DNA of 64,000 bases from the IMG/VR virus record IMGVR_UViG_3300031134_000466; one strand, given 5' to 3'. Within the stretch, counting starts at the first letter, position 1. The number at the start of each line of letters is the position of its first letter. Below the pieces are notes generated by a model, which was given only the letters and a program-made list of their open reading frames with translations, had not been told where the DNA came from and ran no database searches. Below, piece by piece: positions 17,598 through 26,371 of the stretch. The stretch is from a virus. Its lineage: Duplodnaviria > Heunggongvirae > Uroviricota > Caudoviricetes. The position numbers and the translations under genes were made by a program.

Positions 17598-18269
17598 ATG
17601 ACTGATAAGAAAACCTACCCCTCCCCTTCACTCCTGGTCCTTGCTTTCCACGAAACCTACGGCCAGCCTGTTCGCACTGAACCTGTTTATGATGTTCCTG
17701 AGAAGCTTATGCGATCCGAACTGATCCTTGAAGAAGCAAGCGAGTTCTGGGACGCCAACAAAGCTAACGATTTAGTCGAAATGGCTGATGCTTTAGCTGA
17801 CCTTGTTTACGTAGCTTACGGTGCAGCAATCACCCATGGTGTCGACGTTGACGCTTCCTTCGGTGGACACAAAGAAACCCCTGCTGAGGTCTTGCGTGTT
17901 GTTCACCGCCGCCAGCGTCAGAAGATTCGTCCAATTCCAACATTGAACGTTCTTTCCCGCAACATGACTGCCTCAGGTTTGAACAAAACAGCTGTTGCTT
18001 ACGACAACTACGTTCGTCACACTCTTGAAGGTAACCCAGACCAGATTCGTGCGTTATTGACCACAATCATCTCCAGTGCTTACTTTGCAGCTTTTTCCTT
18101 AGGCATCGACTTGGATGACGTTCTGGAAGAAGTGCAGCGTTCCAACATGTCCAAGCTTGGTGAAGACGGCAAGCCAATCTACCGTGAAGATGGAAAGGTT
18201 CTCAAAGGACCAAACTTCTTCACACCTGACATTGCAGCTGTTTTGAAGCGTCAAGGTTGGAAAGGCTGA
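17598..18269 (+). CDS. MazG-like all-alpha NTP pyrophosphohydrolase
   Basis: 223 aa. 'EEASEFWDA' and 'EMADALADLVYV' metal-binding helices. C-terminal 'RSNMSKLGEDGKPIYREDGKVLKGPNF'. Confidence 0.75.
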   Translation: MTDKKTYPSPSLLVLAFHETYGQPVRTEPVYDVPEKLMRSELILEEASEFWDANKANDLVEMADALADLVYVAYGAAITHGVDVDASFGGHKETPAEVLRVVHRRQRQKIRPIPTLNVLSRNMTASGLNKTAVAYDNYVRHTLEGNPDQIRALLTTIISSAYFAAFSLGIDLDDVLEEVQRSNMSKLGEDGKPIYREDGKVLKGPNFFTPDIAAVLKRQGWKG

Positions 18270-18293
18270 AAAGCCCTGAACATTGAATTGTAA

Positions 18294-18329
18294 TTTTGTC
18301 CCCCACAAGAACCTTGTGGGGGACAAAAT
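18294..18329 (+). terminator. hairpin terminator
   Basis: 16-bp arms ttttgtcccccacaag / cttgtgggggacaaaa with a 4-nt loop. Confidence 0.8.
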
Positions 18330-18384
18330 ACTTTAATAAACTTTCACTCACCCTTGGTTCAAACTGGCTTTTGTCGGAGGTTTC

Positions 18385-18393
18385 CGATAGAAT
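18385..18393 (+). promoter_or_regulatory. -10 element (CGATAGAAT)
   Basis: 36-nt leader to ATG 18430. Confidence 0.5.
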
Positions 18394-18429
18394 AAAGTAA
18401 CCCAGTAAACAAGAAAGCAGGCACATTCG

Positions 18430-21147
18430 ATGGCCACCCTCATCGGCGTATCAGGAAAAATTGCGTCAGGTAAAGATTACTTGACTGACAAGCTTGTAAA
18501 CGAACTGAAACGTCTTGGTTTTACCATCGACTACACAGCCTTCGCTGCACCCCTGAAGCAGGAACTCAACGAAATCATCTCTCTGATTCGAGCTTTCCCT
18601 GAACAGGATGAACTGACTCTTTCTTTCTCCATCGCTCGTAATCTGGACATCAACTACGATGATGCTCTTCTGATTGCTACTAATCTGAGAACAGAAGTGC
18701 TTGCAGATGAAACTCTCAACGGTTACTCACGAACAGTCAAAATTCGTGAATCTCTTCAGTATCTTGGTACAGAGATTCGCAGGAAGCAGCGTCCTGAATA
18801 CTGGACTGACTTGTTCTTGAACTTCGTCAACAATTCAGAAACAGATTTCATTTTCGTTTCAGATGCACGTTTTCCTAATGAAATGGACACGGTTGTCGAC
18901 AATCAAGGTGTTGCTCTACGTCTTGACATTCCAGAAGAAGTTCTTGCAGAGCGTCGAAACAAGCGTGACGGCATCAAATACACTGATGAGCAGTTGAATC
19001 ATATCTCAGAAACTGCACTGGATGATTACACCAAATTTGACATGATGATTGGTGTGCAGTTCAACGAACGTGAAATCGTAGAGAATATCCTGAAAAAAGT
19101 TGAACGACTTCAGGAACTTCCTGCAAAAGCTTCTCGCGTCCTGAAAGCCAAAATCGCAGAGCATACACCTTCAGTGTCAGATAAGAAAGATGTTTACCCA
19201 GAGGTGAATTTACCTGAAGGCCAGTACAAAGTGTTGTCTTTGTTTGCAGGTGCAGGTGGATTAGATTTAGGTTTTGAGTTAGCTGGATTAGAAGCAGTTC
19301 ACGGTAAAGAAAAAGTGGACGCTGCTTACAAAGACAAAAAAGCATTTGACGAGCTCCGCAAAGAGAACCTCATTCACACGGTCTACGTAAATGACAACTT
19401 CAAAGATGCAATAGCTTCCTACCGTCAGAACTTTCCTGAAACGTTTATTGACGAACGAGATATCAAAAAAATCAGCAGCTTCCCTGATGCAGACCTTCTG
19501 TTAGGTGGATTCCCTTGCTTCCCTAAAGGAACAGGTGTAGCTACAGAGACAGGTTACAAAAACATTGAAGATGTCGAGAAAGGTGATTTTGTTCTCACTC
19601 ATGAAGGTCGTTACCGTGAAGTAACAGACACCATGACACGCAATGTGAACAAATCAGCCACTCTACATGCTTACGGTTCTCTTCCTTTGGTCTCAACGGT
19701 GAATCATCCTTACTGGGTGAAAGAAACTGTCGATTCTGAACCTAAATGGGTTCATGCTGAGAACATTCAGCCAGGTTGGTTTGTGTCTCATCCAATCAGC
19801 ACATTCAGTACAGATGAAGTAACCGAAAAAGAAGCCAAGTTTGCTTACTTAGCCGGCGTCTTCGCTCAGTGTGGTACAAAAACTTTGAACGACGAGCACA
19901 AGCCAAGCTATCTCACTCCTTACAATGATGAGGAGTTCCTGGCTTTGCTGGCTGAAATTGATGCTGTCTGTTCAAAAGAAGGCAAAAACGTCATCGTCCA
20001 CAGTGAACAGCTGAACAAGATGATGAAATTGTTCGGAACTACCAAATGGAACAAAGTCATTCCTGAAGAGGTCCACCAGAAACCACGAGCTTGGCAGAAA
20101 GCTTTCCTTGACGGCTTCCTGTTCCACAACTCTGACCAGGAAGTGCACAGCAAGAACTTGGCTGTTGGCGTGGCTCGAATTATTCGTAGTTTGAACCCTA
20201 CACAGGATGTTATCGTGTCCTCACCCAAATACAGTTCCTGGATTGTAACTGCAACTGACACTACCGTAGCTCATCATGATGACAACTATGTATGGGTTCC
20301 TGTGGAGCGTTTGCAAGTAAGAAACGAAATGGGAGTACTTCCTGTTTACGATATTACTGTAGCCGAAGACGAATCATTCGTAGCAGATGGATTTGTAGTT
20401 CACAACTGCCCTGGCTTCTCAGCAGCAGGTCTTCGCATGTTAGATGACCCTCGCAACTTCCTGTACCTGCATTTCGTACGAGCTGTTGTTGACGCTCAAC
20501 CAAAGATTTTCGTAGCAGAAAACGTAAAAGGTCTACTCACTCATGGTCAAGGTGAAGCTTTCAACCAGATAGTCGAAGACTTTGCAGCAGCAGGTTACAC
20601 CATCTACTACAAGCTGATGAAAGCAATTCAGCATGGTGTACCTCAGATGAGAGAGCGATTGATTATTGTTGGTGTGCGAAACGACATTGATTTTGAATAC
20701 CAGCATCCTGCTGCCACTCATGGTGAAGGTCTACTTCCATACAAAACTCAAAGAGACGCTTTCTACGATTTGAGGGACCTGAACGATGAACACTACGAAG
20801 GAGACTTCTCTTCTCGCTACCGTTCCAGAAGGTTCAAACTGGACTGGGATGTACCGTCAAAGACCATTTTGGCAACAGGGCGGCACCTGCCTTTGCACCC
20901 TGACGGAGTGCCTCAGGAGAAGCTGGAGCAGGACTTGTGGAGTTTAGACGCTGCAGACCGTAGATTCACTGTAAGAGAAGCTGCACGAATCCAGACATTC
21001 CCTGACTGGTATGATTTCGTGACAACCTCTCGCGGAACAACCAACACAGTCCTGGAGAAACAGTACCGTCAGATAGGTAACGCTGTTCCTGTCGAACTGG
21101 GACGAGTTGTTGCTGAACCTATTGTTCAGTTCCTGAAAAGTCTGTAA
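18430..21147 (+). CDS. dNMP-kinase-like P-loop domain fused to DNA (cytosine-5) methyltransferase, interrupted by an intein
   Basis: 905 aa. N-terminal 'GVSGKIASGKDY' and 'VSDARFPNE'. MTase motif I 'LFAGAGGLDLGF', IV 'GGFP|C..', VI 'ENVKGL', X 'GNAVPV'. Confidence 0.85.
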   Translation: MATLIGVSGKIASGKDYLTDKLVNELKRLGFTIDYTAFAAPLKQELNEIISLIRAFPEQDELTLSFSIARNLDINYDDALLIATNLRTEVLADETLNGYSRTVKIRESLQYLGTEIRRKQRPEYWTDLFLNFVNNSETDFIFVSDARFPNEMDTVVDNQGVALRLDIPEEVLAERRNKRDGIKYTDEQLNHISETALDDYTKFDMMIGVQFNEREIVENILKKVERLQELPAKASRVLKAKIAEHTPSVSDKKDVYPEVNLPEGQYKVLSLFAGAGGLDLGFELAGLEAVHGKEKVDAAYKDKKAFDELRKENLIHTVYVNDNFKDAIASYRQNFPETFIDERDIKKISSFPDADLLLGGFPCFPKGTGVATETGYKNIEDVEKGDFVLTHEGRYREVTDTMTRNVNKSATLHAYGSLPLVSTVNHPYWVKETVDSEPKWVHAENIQPGWFVSHPISTFSTDEVTEKEAKFAYLAGVFAQCGTKTLNDEHKPSYLTPYNDEEFLALLAEIDAVCSKEGKNVIVHSEQLNKMMKLFGTTKWNKVIPEEVHQKPRAWQKAFLDGFLFHNSDQEVHSKNLAVGVARIIRSLNPTQDVIVSSPKYSSWIVTATDTTVAHHDDNYVWVPVERLQVRNEMGVLPVYDITVAEDESFVADGFVVHNCPGFSAAGLRMLDDPRNFLYLHFVRAVVDAQPKIFVAENVKGLLTHGQGEAFNQIVEDFAAAGYTIYYKLMKAIQHGVPQMRERLIIVGVRNDIDFEYQHPAATHGEGLLPYKTQRDAFYDLRDLNDEHYEGDFSSRYRSRRFKLDWDVPSKTILATGRHLPLHPDGVPQEKLEQDLWSLDAADRRFTVREAARIQTFPDWYDFVTTSRGTTNTVLEKQYRQIGNAVPVELGRVVAEPIVQFLKSL
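19516..20406 (+). mobile_element. class 1 intein (297 aa) with degenerate LAGLIDADG-type homing-endonuclease insert
   Basis: Starts 'CFPKGTGVATETG' and has block B 'TVNHPYWV'. 'YLAGVFAQCG' and 'FLDGFLFHNSD' are LAGLIDADG-like. Ends 'VYDITVAEDESFVADGFVVHN' followed by the +1 Cys of 'CPGFSAAG'. Confidence 0.85.
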
Positions 21148-21762
21148 TCAGTTGATGGCGTGAATGCGGTTCAACGGCCACATCACGAACTTAGGCTGGC
21201 CCAGGATGCTATCCACTGGCACGAAAGGGTCATTAGGGTGGTACCTGGAGTCAGCTGAGTTCAACCGGTTGTCGCCCAGGACAAACACTTGCCCTGCTGG
21301 GACAGTGTAAGAGAATTCTTTGTTGACATCGTTCACACCATCTTTGATGTAATTCTCATTAAGTTCCTCGCCATTGAGAAGAAGCTTCCCATCATCAGAG
21401 CAGCAAGAGATGGTGTCACCACCAACAGCTATCACACGTTTCACAAACACTGTTCCAGCAGGTTCACCCCAAGATGCTGGAGGGTTGAAAACGACAACAG
21501 TGCCACGGTCAGGAGCCTGCCTGTTGTCCAAAGCAGGAACAGATACCATGTAATCCTTGACTTGCAAAGTATTCGTCATGGAGGAAGAAGGGACAACATA
21601 GCTGTCCACGAAGAATAGATTCAGAATGATTCCTACTACCAGACCAAAGATGATCGTGTCGAGGAAACCAATTTTGTGTTTTTTCTTAGAACGAGTTACA
21701 ACCTCAGAGGAGGGGGTAATGTCGTCGTCCATCAAAATTCTTCCTATCATTACAGTAACCAT
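21148..21762 (-). CDS. lepB: signal peptidase I
   Basis: 204 aa. TM segment, catalytic Ser box 'SSSMTNTL', Lys box 'VFVKRVIAVGGD', 'GDNRLNSADSR'. Confidence 0.85.
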   Translation of the reverse strand: MVTVMIGRILMDDDITPSSEVVTRSKKKHKIGFLDTIIFGLVVGIILNLFFVDSYVVPSSSMTNTLQVKDYMVSVPALDNRQAPDRGTVVVFNPPASWGEPAGTVFVKRVIAVGGDTISCCSDDGKLLLNGEELNENYIKDGVNDVNKEFSYTVPAGQVFVLGDNRLNSADSRYHPNDPFVPVDSILGQPKFVMWPLNRIHAIN

Positions 21763-21881
21763 TCTGGGTACTGGATCGTTCTATATGTCTGCCGTGCTGA
21801 TATTAGAAACAGCAGCAAAGTGGGCTAAATCAGAAAAACTGTAGAATAGCTACAGTGTAACACAACAAATTAGGGTTTTCA

Positions 21882-23186
21882 TTGATTTCAACACTACGAC
21901 ACTCCCAGAAATTTCAAGACAGCTTTGTTGTCTGGATTTTTGTACTTCTTTTCGCCGGTCAGGGTTTCAGGAACCTAATCGGCCTCATCTGTTACGGCAC
22001 TATCAGCCTGGTGACTGTAAGCGTAGCCGTTTGGCTCTTTTGGAATACCTGGAGTAAACGCCGAACCCCGTTTTTGCTGGGTGCTTTTGTAACTTTAGCA
22101 GCTCTGTCCACAATTTGGTCCACTTACCGTCTGGAAACATTCATAGCCAGTATCATTCTGGCGGCCACCAGCCTCATAGGACTTTTAGTTGCCTCAGCTT
22201 ACAAATGGAAAAAACTGATAGTCCTTTTAGGTTACGGACTGCAAATCTGCGTGGTCGGCAGTTTAGTCTTTGAAACAATCGTCGCCACTGTGTTTAGGAG
22301 ACCAGTTCTACCTGTCTTCATGGAATTTGTGGGCCTTACTGACATTGAGAAAAATTCTGGTGTGTTGAACTGGTCAGAGAACAATTTGTTTGCAGGTGGT
22401 CCAATTCAGGGTTTCATGGGTAACAGAAACTTGTTAGGTTTTGTTGCATTGCTTCTAATTGTTGTGTCAGTAGTGACTTTGTTGGAGAAACTCACAAACA
22501 AATGGGTGAGCCTTAGCTGGATAGCTGTAGGGTTAGGAACACATTTTCTGACAGTCTCAGCTACCATCTCTTTGGCTCTGCTGGCTGTTGTCATCATCGT
22601 TGCTGGTGCGATGTTTATACGATTTACGCCAGAAAAGTTCAGACGGATAACATCCTGGTCCTTCGTGGGACTCTGTATCGTTCTTGGTGTTGCTGCGTTG
22701 AAGAACTACGACAAACTGTTTGGTGTTTTTGACCGTGACCCGAACCTTACTAACCGCACTGAAATCTGGAAACGAGTGGCTGATCTGGCTTTGCAGAAAC
22801 CTGAAGGTTGGGGATGGGTTAGTTACTGGCCTGTATGGAAAGAGCCTTTCAACGGAATACTCACATTAGGTGGAGTGCCTGTAGCTCATGCCCATAATGC
22901 ATATTTGGATGTATGGTTCCAACTGGGTGTAGTTGGCGTCATTCTTCTAGCAGCTATGACTTTGTACATTTTAGGAAGCTCTTGGCGTTTAGTGGAACAT
23001 GCAGGAAGGAGTTCAAGCTTCTTACCTCTTGGTTTGTTCCTTCTTGGTGGTTGCTTGTTCATTCAAGCTCTTACAGAATCCCGTCTGCTACTTGAGGGTA
23101 ATTGGATGCTGTTGACTGTGTTGCTTGTGTATACGCCATCTGCTTTCCGAAAAACAAACCTGAAGGCGTTAGAGCCGATATCGTAA
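21882..23186 (+). CDS. O-antigen ligase/Wzy_C-domain-like polytopic membrane protein
   Basis: 434 aa, about 10-12 TM segments. Loop motif 'HAHNAYLDVWFQLGVVG'. TTG start per the track. Confidence 0.65.
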   Translation: MISTLRHSQKFQDSFVVWIFVLLFAGQGFRNLIGLICYGTISLVTVSVAVWLFWNTWSKRRTPFLLGAFVTLAALSTIWSTYRLETFIASIILAATSLIGLLVASAYKWKKLIVLLGYGLQICVVGSLVFETIVATVFRRPVLPVFMEFVGLTDIEKNSGVLNWSENNLFAGGPIQGFMGNRNLLGFVALLLIVVSVVTLLEKLTNKWVSLSWIAVGLGTHFLTVSATISLALLAVVIIVAGAMFIRFTPEKFRRITSWSFVGLCIVLGVAALKNYDKLFGVFDRDPNLTNRTEIWKRVADLALQKPEGWGWVSYWPVWKEPFNGILTLGGVPVAHAHNAYLDVWFQLGVVGVILLAAMTLYILGSSWRLVEHAGRSSSFLPLGLFLLGGCLFIQALTESRLLLEGNWMLLTVLLVYTPSAFRKTNLKALEPIS

Positions 23187-23188
23187 CC

Positions 23189-23380
23189 ATGACTACGAAT
23201 GACCTTGCTCCCATGCAACTACCTCCTTTTAAAGAGGGGGAAATGAAGAAAGTTGCTTTAGGGTTCCGTGAAGTTGACGGTAAAGTGGAAGTGACAGTGA
23301 CTTCACACAATATGAACGATGATATTAACGAAATTGCTGTGTTCTTGTCATTTGCGTTGGAAAAAATGCTCGAAGACTGA
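23189..23380 (+). CDS. small hypothetical protein
   Basis: 63 aa. The ATG lies 2 nt after the upstream stop codon. The track's longer form overlaps the preceding gene. Confidence 0.4.
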   Translation: MTTNDLAPMQLPPFKEGEMKKVALGFREVDGKVEVTVTSHNMNDDINEIAVFLSFALEKMLED

Positions 23381-23433
23381 TATGGTGTGCAGCAGATAAG
23401 ATTTTTCTTGCTATCTGTTAGGAATACAAAACT

Positions 23434-24246
23434 ATGTGCAAACGCAAACCATACCCTCGTTGCAGCTACCATGCTCGCATCAAACTTGAAGCTGCAGAAA
23501 AGTCTGGTGATCTTGAACGCATCAAGCTTGCAAGAAGGAACTATTTCACTTCATTAGCTGGTATTGCTGACCTCAAAGCTCAGGGTAAAGATGCATTAGC
23601 TGCAAAATATGAGACTCGTAGAGCAAATCTCATTGCTCAAGCTGAACGTGAGACTAACCTCCGCAAGACACCCCTGGTTTTGGCGTTGGATGTAGACAAC
23701 ACCAGTGGTGACTTCACAGAATCCATTCGTAACCATGTCATGAAGACACAAGGACTTACTCCTGAACAGGCTGAAACACTTCTTCCTAGCCCTCCAACTC
23801 ACTACTCTTTCGTAGACTCAGGCTGGTTCACTGACGTTAACTCATTCCTGGATGCTTTCCATTCAGCGGAAGAGAATGGTGTTTACTCCAAGATGAAAGC
23901 TTTTGACGGAGTAAGCAAGACTCTTCGCACTTTGGTCAGTAATCGTGACGTTGAAGTTCGTGTTGTGACGGCCCGTGGTAACAGATGGAATGAAGAGACC
24001 CGTCAGTGGTTGCGTCGTCATCGTATTCCTTTCACTTCCATCACTCACACTGAGGACAAAGAGAAAGTCCCAGGTATCGATGTGTACATTGATGACTCTG
24101 ACAAGCAGATTAACACTCTGCAGAAGAACGGTAAGACAGTTATTGCGTTCGAGAATGCATACAACGCAACTGTTCCTTCTAAGTATCGTGTAAAGAAGTG
24201 GAAAGAAGTGCCGGCAGTTCTGAAACTCATCGCACAAGCCAAATAA
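23434..24246 (+). CDS. N-terminal C-x7-C-x2-H module fused to HAD-type 5'(3')-deoxyribonucleotidase
   Basis: 270 aa. 'MCKRKPYPRCSYHA' then a helical region, then HAD motif I 'LALDVDNTSGDF' and 'VYIDDSDKQ'. Confidence 0.7.
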   Translation: MCKRKPYPRCSYHARIKLEAAEKSGDLERIKLARRNYFTSLAGIADLKAQGKDALAAKYETRRANLIAQAERETNLRKTPLVLALDVDNTSGDFTESIRNHVMKTQGLTPEQAETLLPSPPTHYSFVDSGWFTDVNSFLDAFHSAEENGVYSKMKAFDGVSKTLRTLVSNRDVEVRVVTARGNRWNEETRQWLRRHRIPFTSITHTEDKEKVPGIDVYIDDSDKQINTLQKNGKTVIAFENAYNATVPSKYRVKKWKEVPAVLKLIAQAK

Positions 24247-24260
24247 CAAACCATCAATAT

Positions 24261-24293
24261 GGCGGTCCAGGATGCTAATTGTCCTGGGCCGCC
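24261..24293 (+). terminator. hairpin terminator with T-rich tail
   Basis: ggcggtccagga / tcctgggccgcc (1 mismatch), followed by cttgttttctc. Confidence 0.7.
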
Positions 24294-24391
24294 CTTGTTT
24301 TCTCAATTAGGTGTTATGGGAACCTGTGAAAAGCTTGTTAATTACCGATACTTTTTTCAGCTACCTAACCCCCTTAGAGAGAAGAATCTGT

Positions 24392-26083
24392 ATGTCTGCT
24401 GGCAGCACGCACCCGACTATTCAAAACTACACAAAAATACGAGCAGCTTTTAGCTCCTCACAAGCCGCTATCGACTTAGCTTCCATCATGGTGGGTGTCA
24501 TCGTAATCGGACTTATTGGTGGAGTAATCTCTGCCACAGTATTCGCTATCATTCCTTGGGCACAGGACAAAGCAGCGAAAGCATCTCTCTCCTCAGTACA
24601 CACAGCAGAATCAGCATATGCTGGGTTCAGTGTTGGTGATGACGGAGAGAAGAAACAAACTTTTGGTAACTACGACGACTTGAAAGCTGAACATGGAGGT
24701 TTGCTTCAAGAATCTGAACGTCTAATAGTTTCCACCGGAACAAACAACAAAGACTGCTATGTTGCTGTCATTACCTCAGAGACAGGAAACCGTTTCTGGA
24801 TTGACAACAAGATCAGTGCACCTCGCATGTACCAAGAAGGTGACCAGTCAGAGTGTCTGAACCTTGAAGACATGTTCGGTGATGACAACGGTGGTATTGG
24901 ATACAACTCCTCCCTTGATGGTACTTACTTCGAAGGGCAAGGTTTTGCAGCTGTTGTTCACATTCGTAACAGTGCAATCAACTATGGTGTTGAACCAGAC
25001 CCAACTTGTGAGCCTACTGACCCAGCCACACAGGTAACACAGGTAAAAGCTTACTTAGACAGTGAAGAAATTGAAATTGCTGGTAGCTGGGAATACATGC
25101 AATCATCAGACGGAATTCAGACAGCAGTAGGCATCCAAACCACTAACGGATACATTGGTGCTACCACAGAGGAAGCTCAAACTTTCGCTGAAAGAGGACA
25201 AGTAATTTTCTTACCAGCTGGTTGTGCTGATTCAATCACCATCAACGTATCAGGAACATCCACTCCTCCAGGTGGTGACGACGGCGGTGGTGACCAACCT
25301 GTTGAACTATGCAGCAAGTACAATAACATGTTCACTGACGCCCAAACAACCAGTGAAACCACTGGAACTACTTTCTATGTTGACCCAAGCTGCAACACCA
25401 GCATGACTGCAATGTTCACATCCTTTGAGTCGATGTTCCAAACAATGGGACAGCCAACACTTACCGCTCGTACTGACGGTTGCTGGTCAGAACAGGGAAC
25501 TTATAAGAAAGTTGCCTGTGACCCAACAGGACAAGCTTACTACTACAGCCCAGGAAGCATGGAACAGTTCTGGACTTCAGCTAACGGAACAACAGTTGAA
25601 TTGTACCTCAACGGTTCAAGTACCCCATTCTTCTCCCAGGCATCAAACACTCCAAGTGAGTTCTACTACGAAGTTCCTCGTGAAGATAGGACAGATTCCT
25701 ACACTCAGAGCTCATACAACGCTGACGCTCCAACTGTCGGAATTGATGTCACAAGTAGCTACAGAATGACCAACTTCTACCGTGCAGCTAAACCAGCTGC
25801 AGGAACAACTTCAAACTCTTGCTTGGATGAACTTCAAGCGGGTAAGCTTCCAACCACTTACCAAGGCGAGTATGGTGTAGCTAACTGCCAAGGTGAAGAT
25901 GACTTCCGTATCTATGACTGGGACATCTCAGGTAACTTCGGTAATGCCGATGAAGCAACTTACGAAAACATCAAAACAGTCAGTGAACAAGGCGGTATGG
26001 TCAAGTTCACAACAACAGAAGGTAAAACTTCAACCATCCAGCTGAACCCAGGAGCTTTGAACCCAGAACCACAAGCTTCATAA
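24392..26083 (+). CDS. modular type IV pilin-like protein, paralog 3 (large Cys-containing C-terminal region)
   Basis: Start chosen at ATG 24392. 'MSAGS..FSSS|QAAIDLASIMVGVIVIGLIGG..IIPWAQDKAAKAS', Cys pair 'KDC..SEC', Gly/Pro linker 'PPGGDDGGGDQP'. Confidence 0.6.
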   Translation: MSAGSTHPTIQNYTKIRAAFSSSQAAIDLASIMVGVIVIGLIGGVISATVFAIIPWAQDKAAKASLSSVHTAESAYAGFSVGDDGEKKQTFGNYDDLKAEHGGLLQESERLIVSTGTNNKDCYVAVITSETGNRFWIDNKISAPRMYQEGDQSECLNLEDMFGDDNGGIGYNSSLDGTYFEGQGFAAVVHIRNSAINYGVEPDPTCEPTDPATQVTQVKAYLDSEEIEIAGSWEYMQSSDGIQTAVGIQTTNGYIGATTEEAQTFAERGQVIFLPAGCADSITINVSGTSTPPGGDDGGGDQPVELCSKYNNMFTDAQTTSETTGTTFYVDPSCNTSMTAMFTSFESMFQTMGQPTLTARTDGCWSEQGTYKKVACDPTGQAYYYSPGSMEQFWTSANGTTVELYLNGSSTPFFSQASNTPSEFYYEVPREDRTDSYTQSSYNADAPTVGIDVTSSYRMTNFYRAAKPAAGTTSNSCLDELQAGKLPTTYQGEYGVANCQGEDDFRIYDWDISGNFGNADEATYENIKTVSEQGGMVKFTTTEGKTSTIQLNPGALNPEPQAS

Positions 26084-26094
26084 ATAACCAAACT

Positions 26095-26137
26095 GTTGAA
26101 GCCTCCCACCTGTAGTAATAAGGTGGGAGGCTTCAAC
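26095..26137 (+). terminator. hairpin terminator
   Basis: 17-bp arms gttgaagcctcccacct / aggtgggaggcttcaac. Confidence 0.8.
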
Positions 26138-26180
26138 CATGCTAAGATGTATGAAACCCCATACCTAACGAAAGAAATCT

Positions 26181-26297
26181 ATGGACGAGTATTCAGCTTT
26201 TGAGAAACGAAACAAAGTAATTCGAGTCGTCGCAATTGTCACAGTAATAGCTGTTGCCGGCTCAGGAATCGCAGCAGCCTTCTTCGGAGCATTCTAA
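26181..26297 (+). CDS. possible 38-aa single-TM peptide
   Basis: Not in the ORF track (<60 aa). 'MDEYSAFEKRNKVIRVVAIVTVIAVAGSGIAAAFFGAF'. A GAAAG RBS-like sequence lies upstream. Sits between a terminator and the next promoter. Confidence 0.3.
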   Translation: MDEYSAFEKRNKVIRVVAIVTVIAVAGSGIAAAFFGAF

Positions 26298-26356
26298 AAA
26301 TACCTGATGAGAGCGTCTTTTTGATTCAAAATTAGAGTTGCAAACCTCCGAAAACG

Positions 26357-26365
26357 TGCTATAAT
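26357..26365 (+). promoter_or_regulatory. extended -10 (TGCTATAAT), leaderless PARP transcript
   Basis: TATAAT lies 6 nt upstream of ATG 26372. Confidence 0.6.
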
Positions 26366-26371
26366 AAGAGC

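Noticed and set aside
24311-24391. N-terminal extension of pilin-like paralog 3 proposed by the ORF track.
   Set aside because: The extension overlaps the tail region of the terminator and is not shared with paralogs 1 and 2. ATG 24392 gives a leader comparable to the other two.
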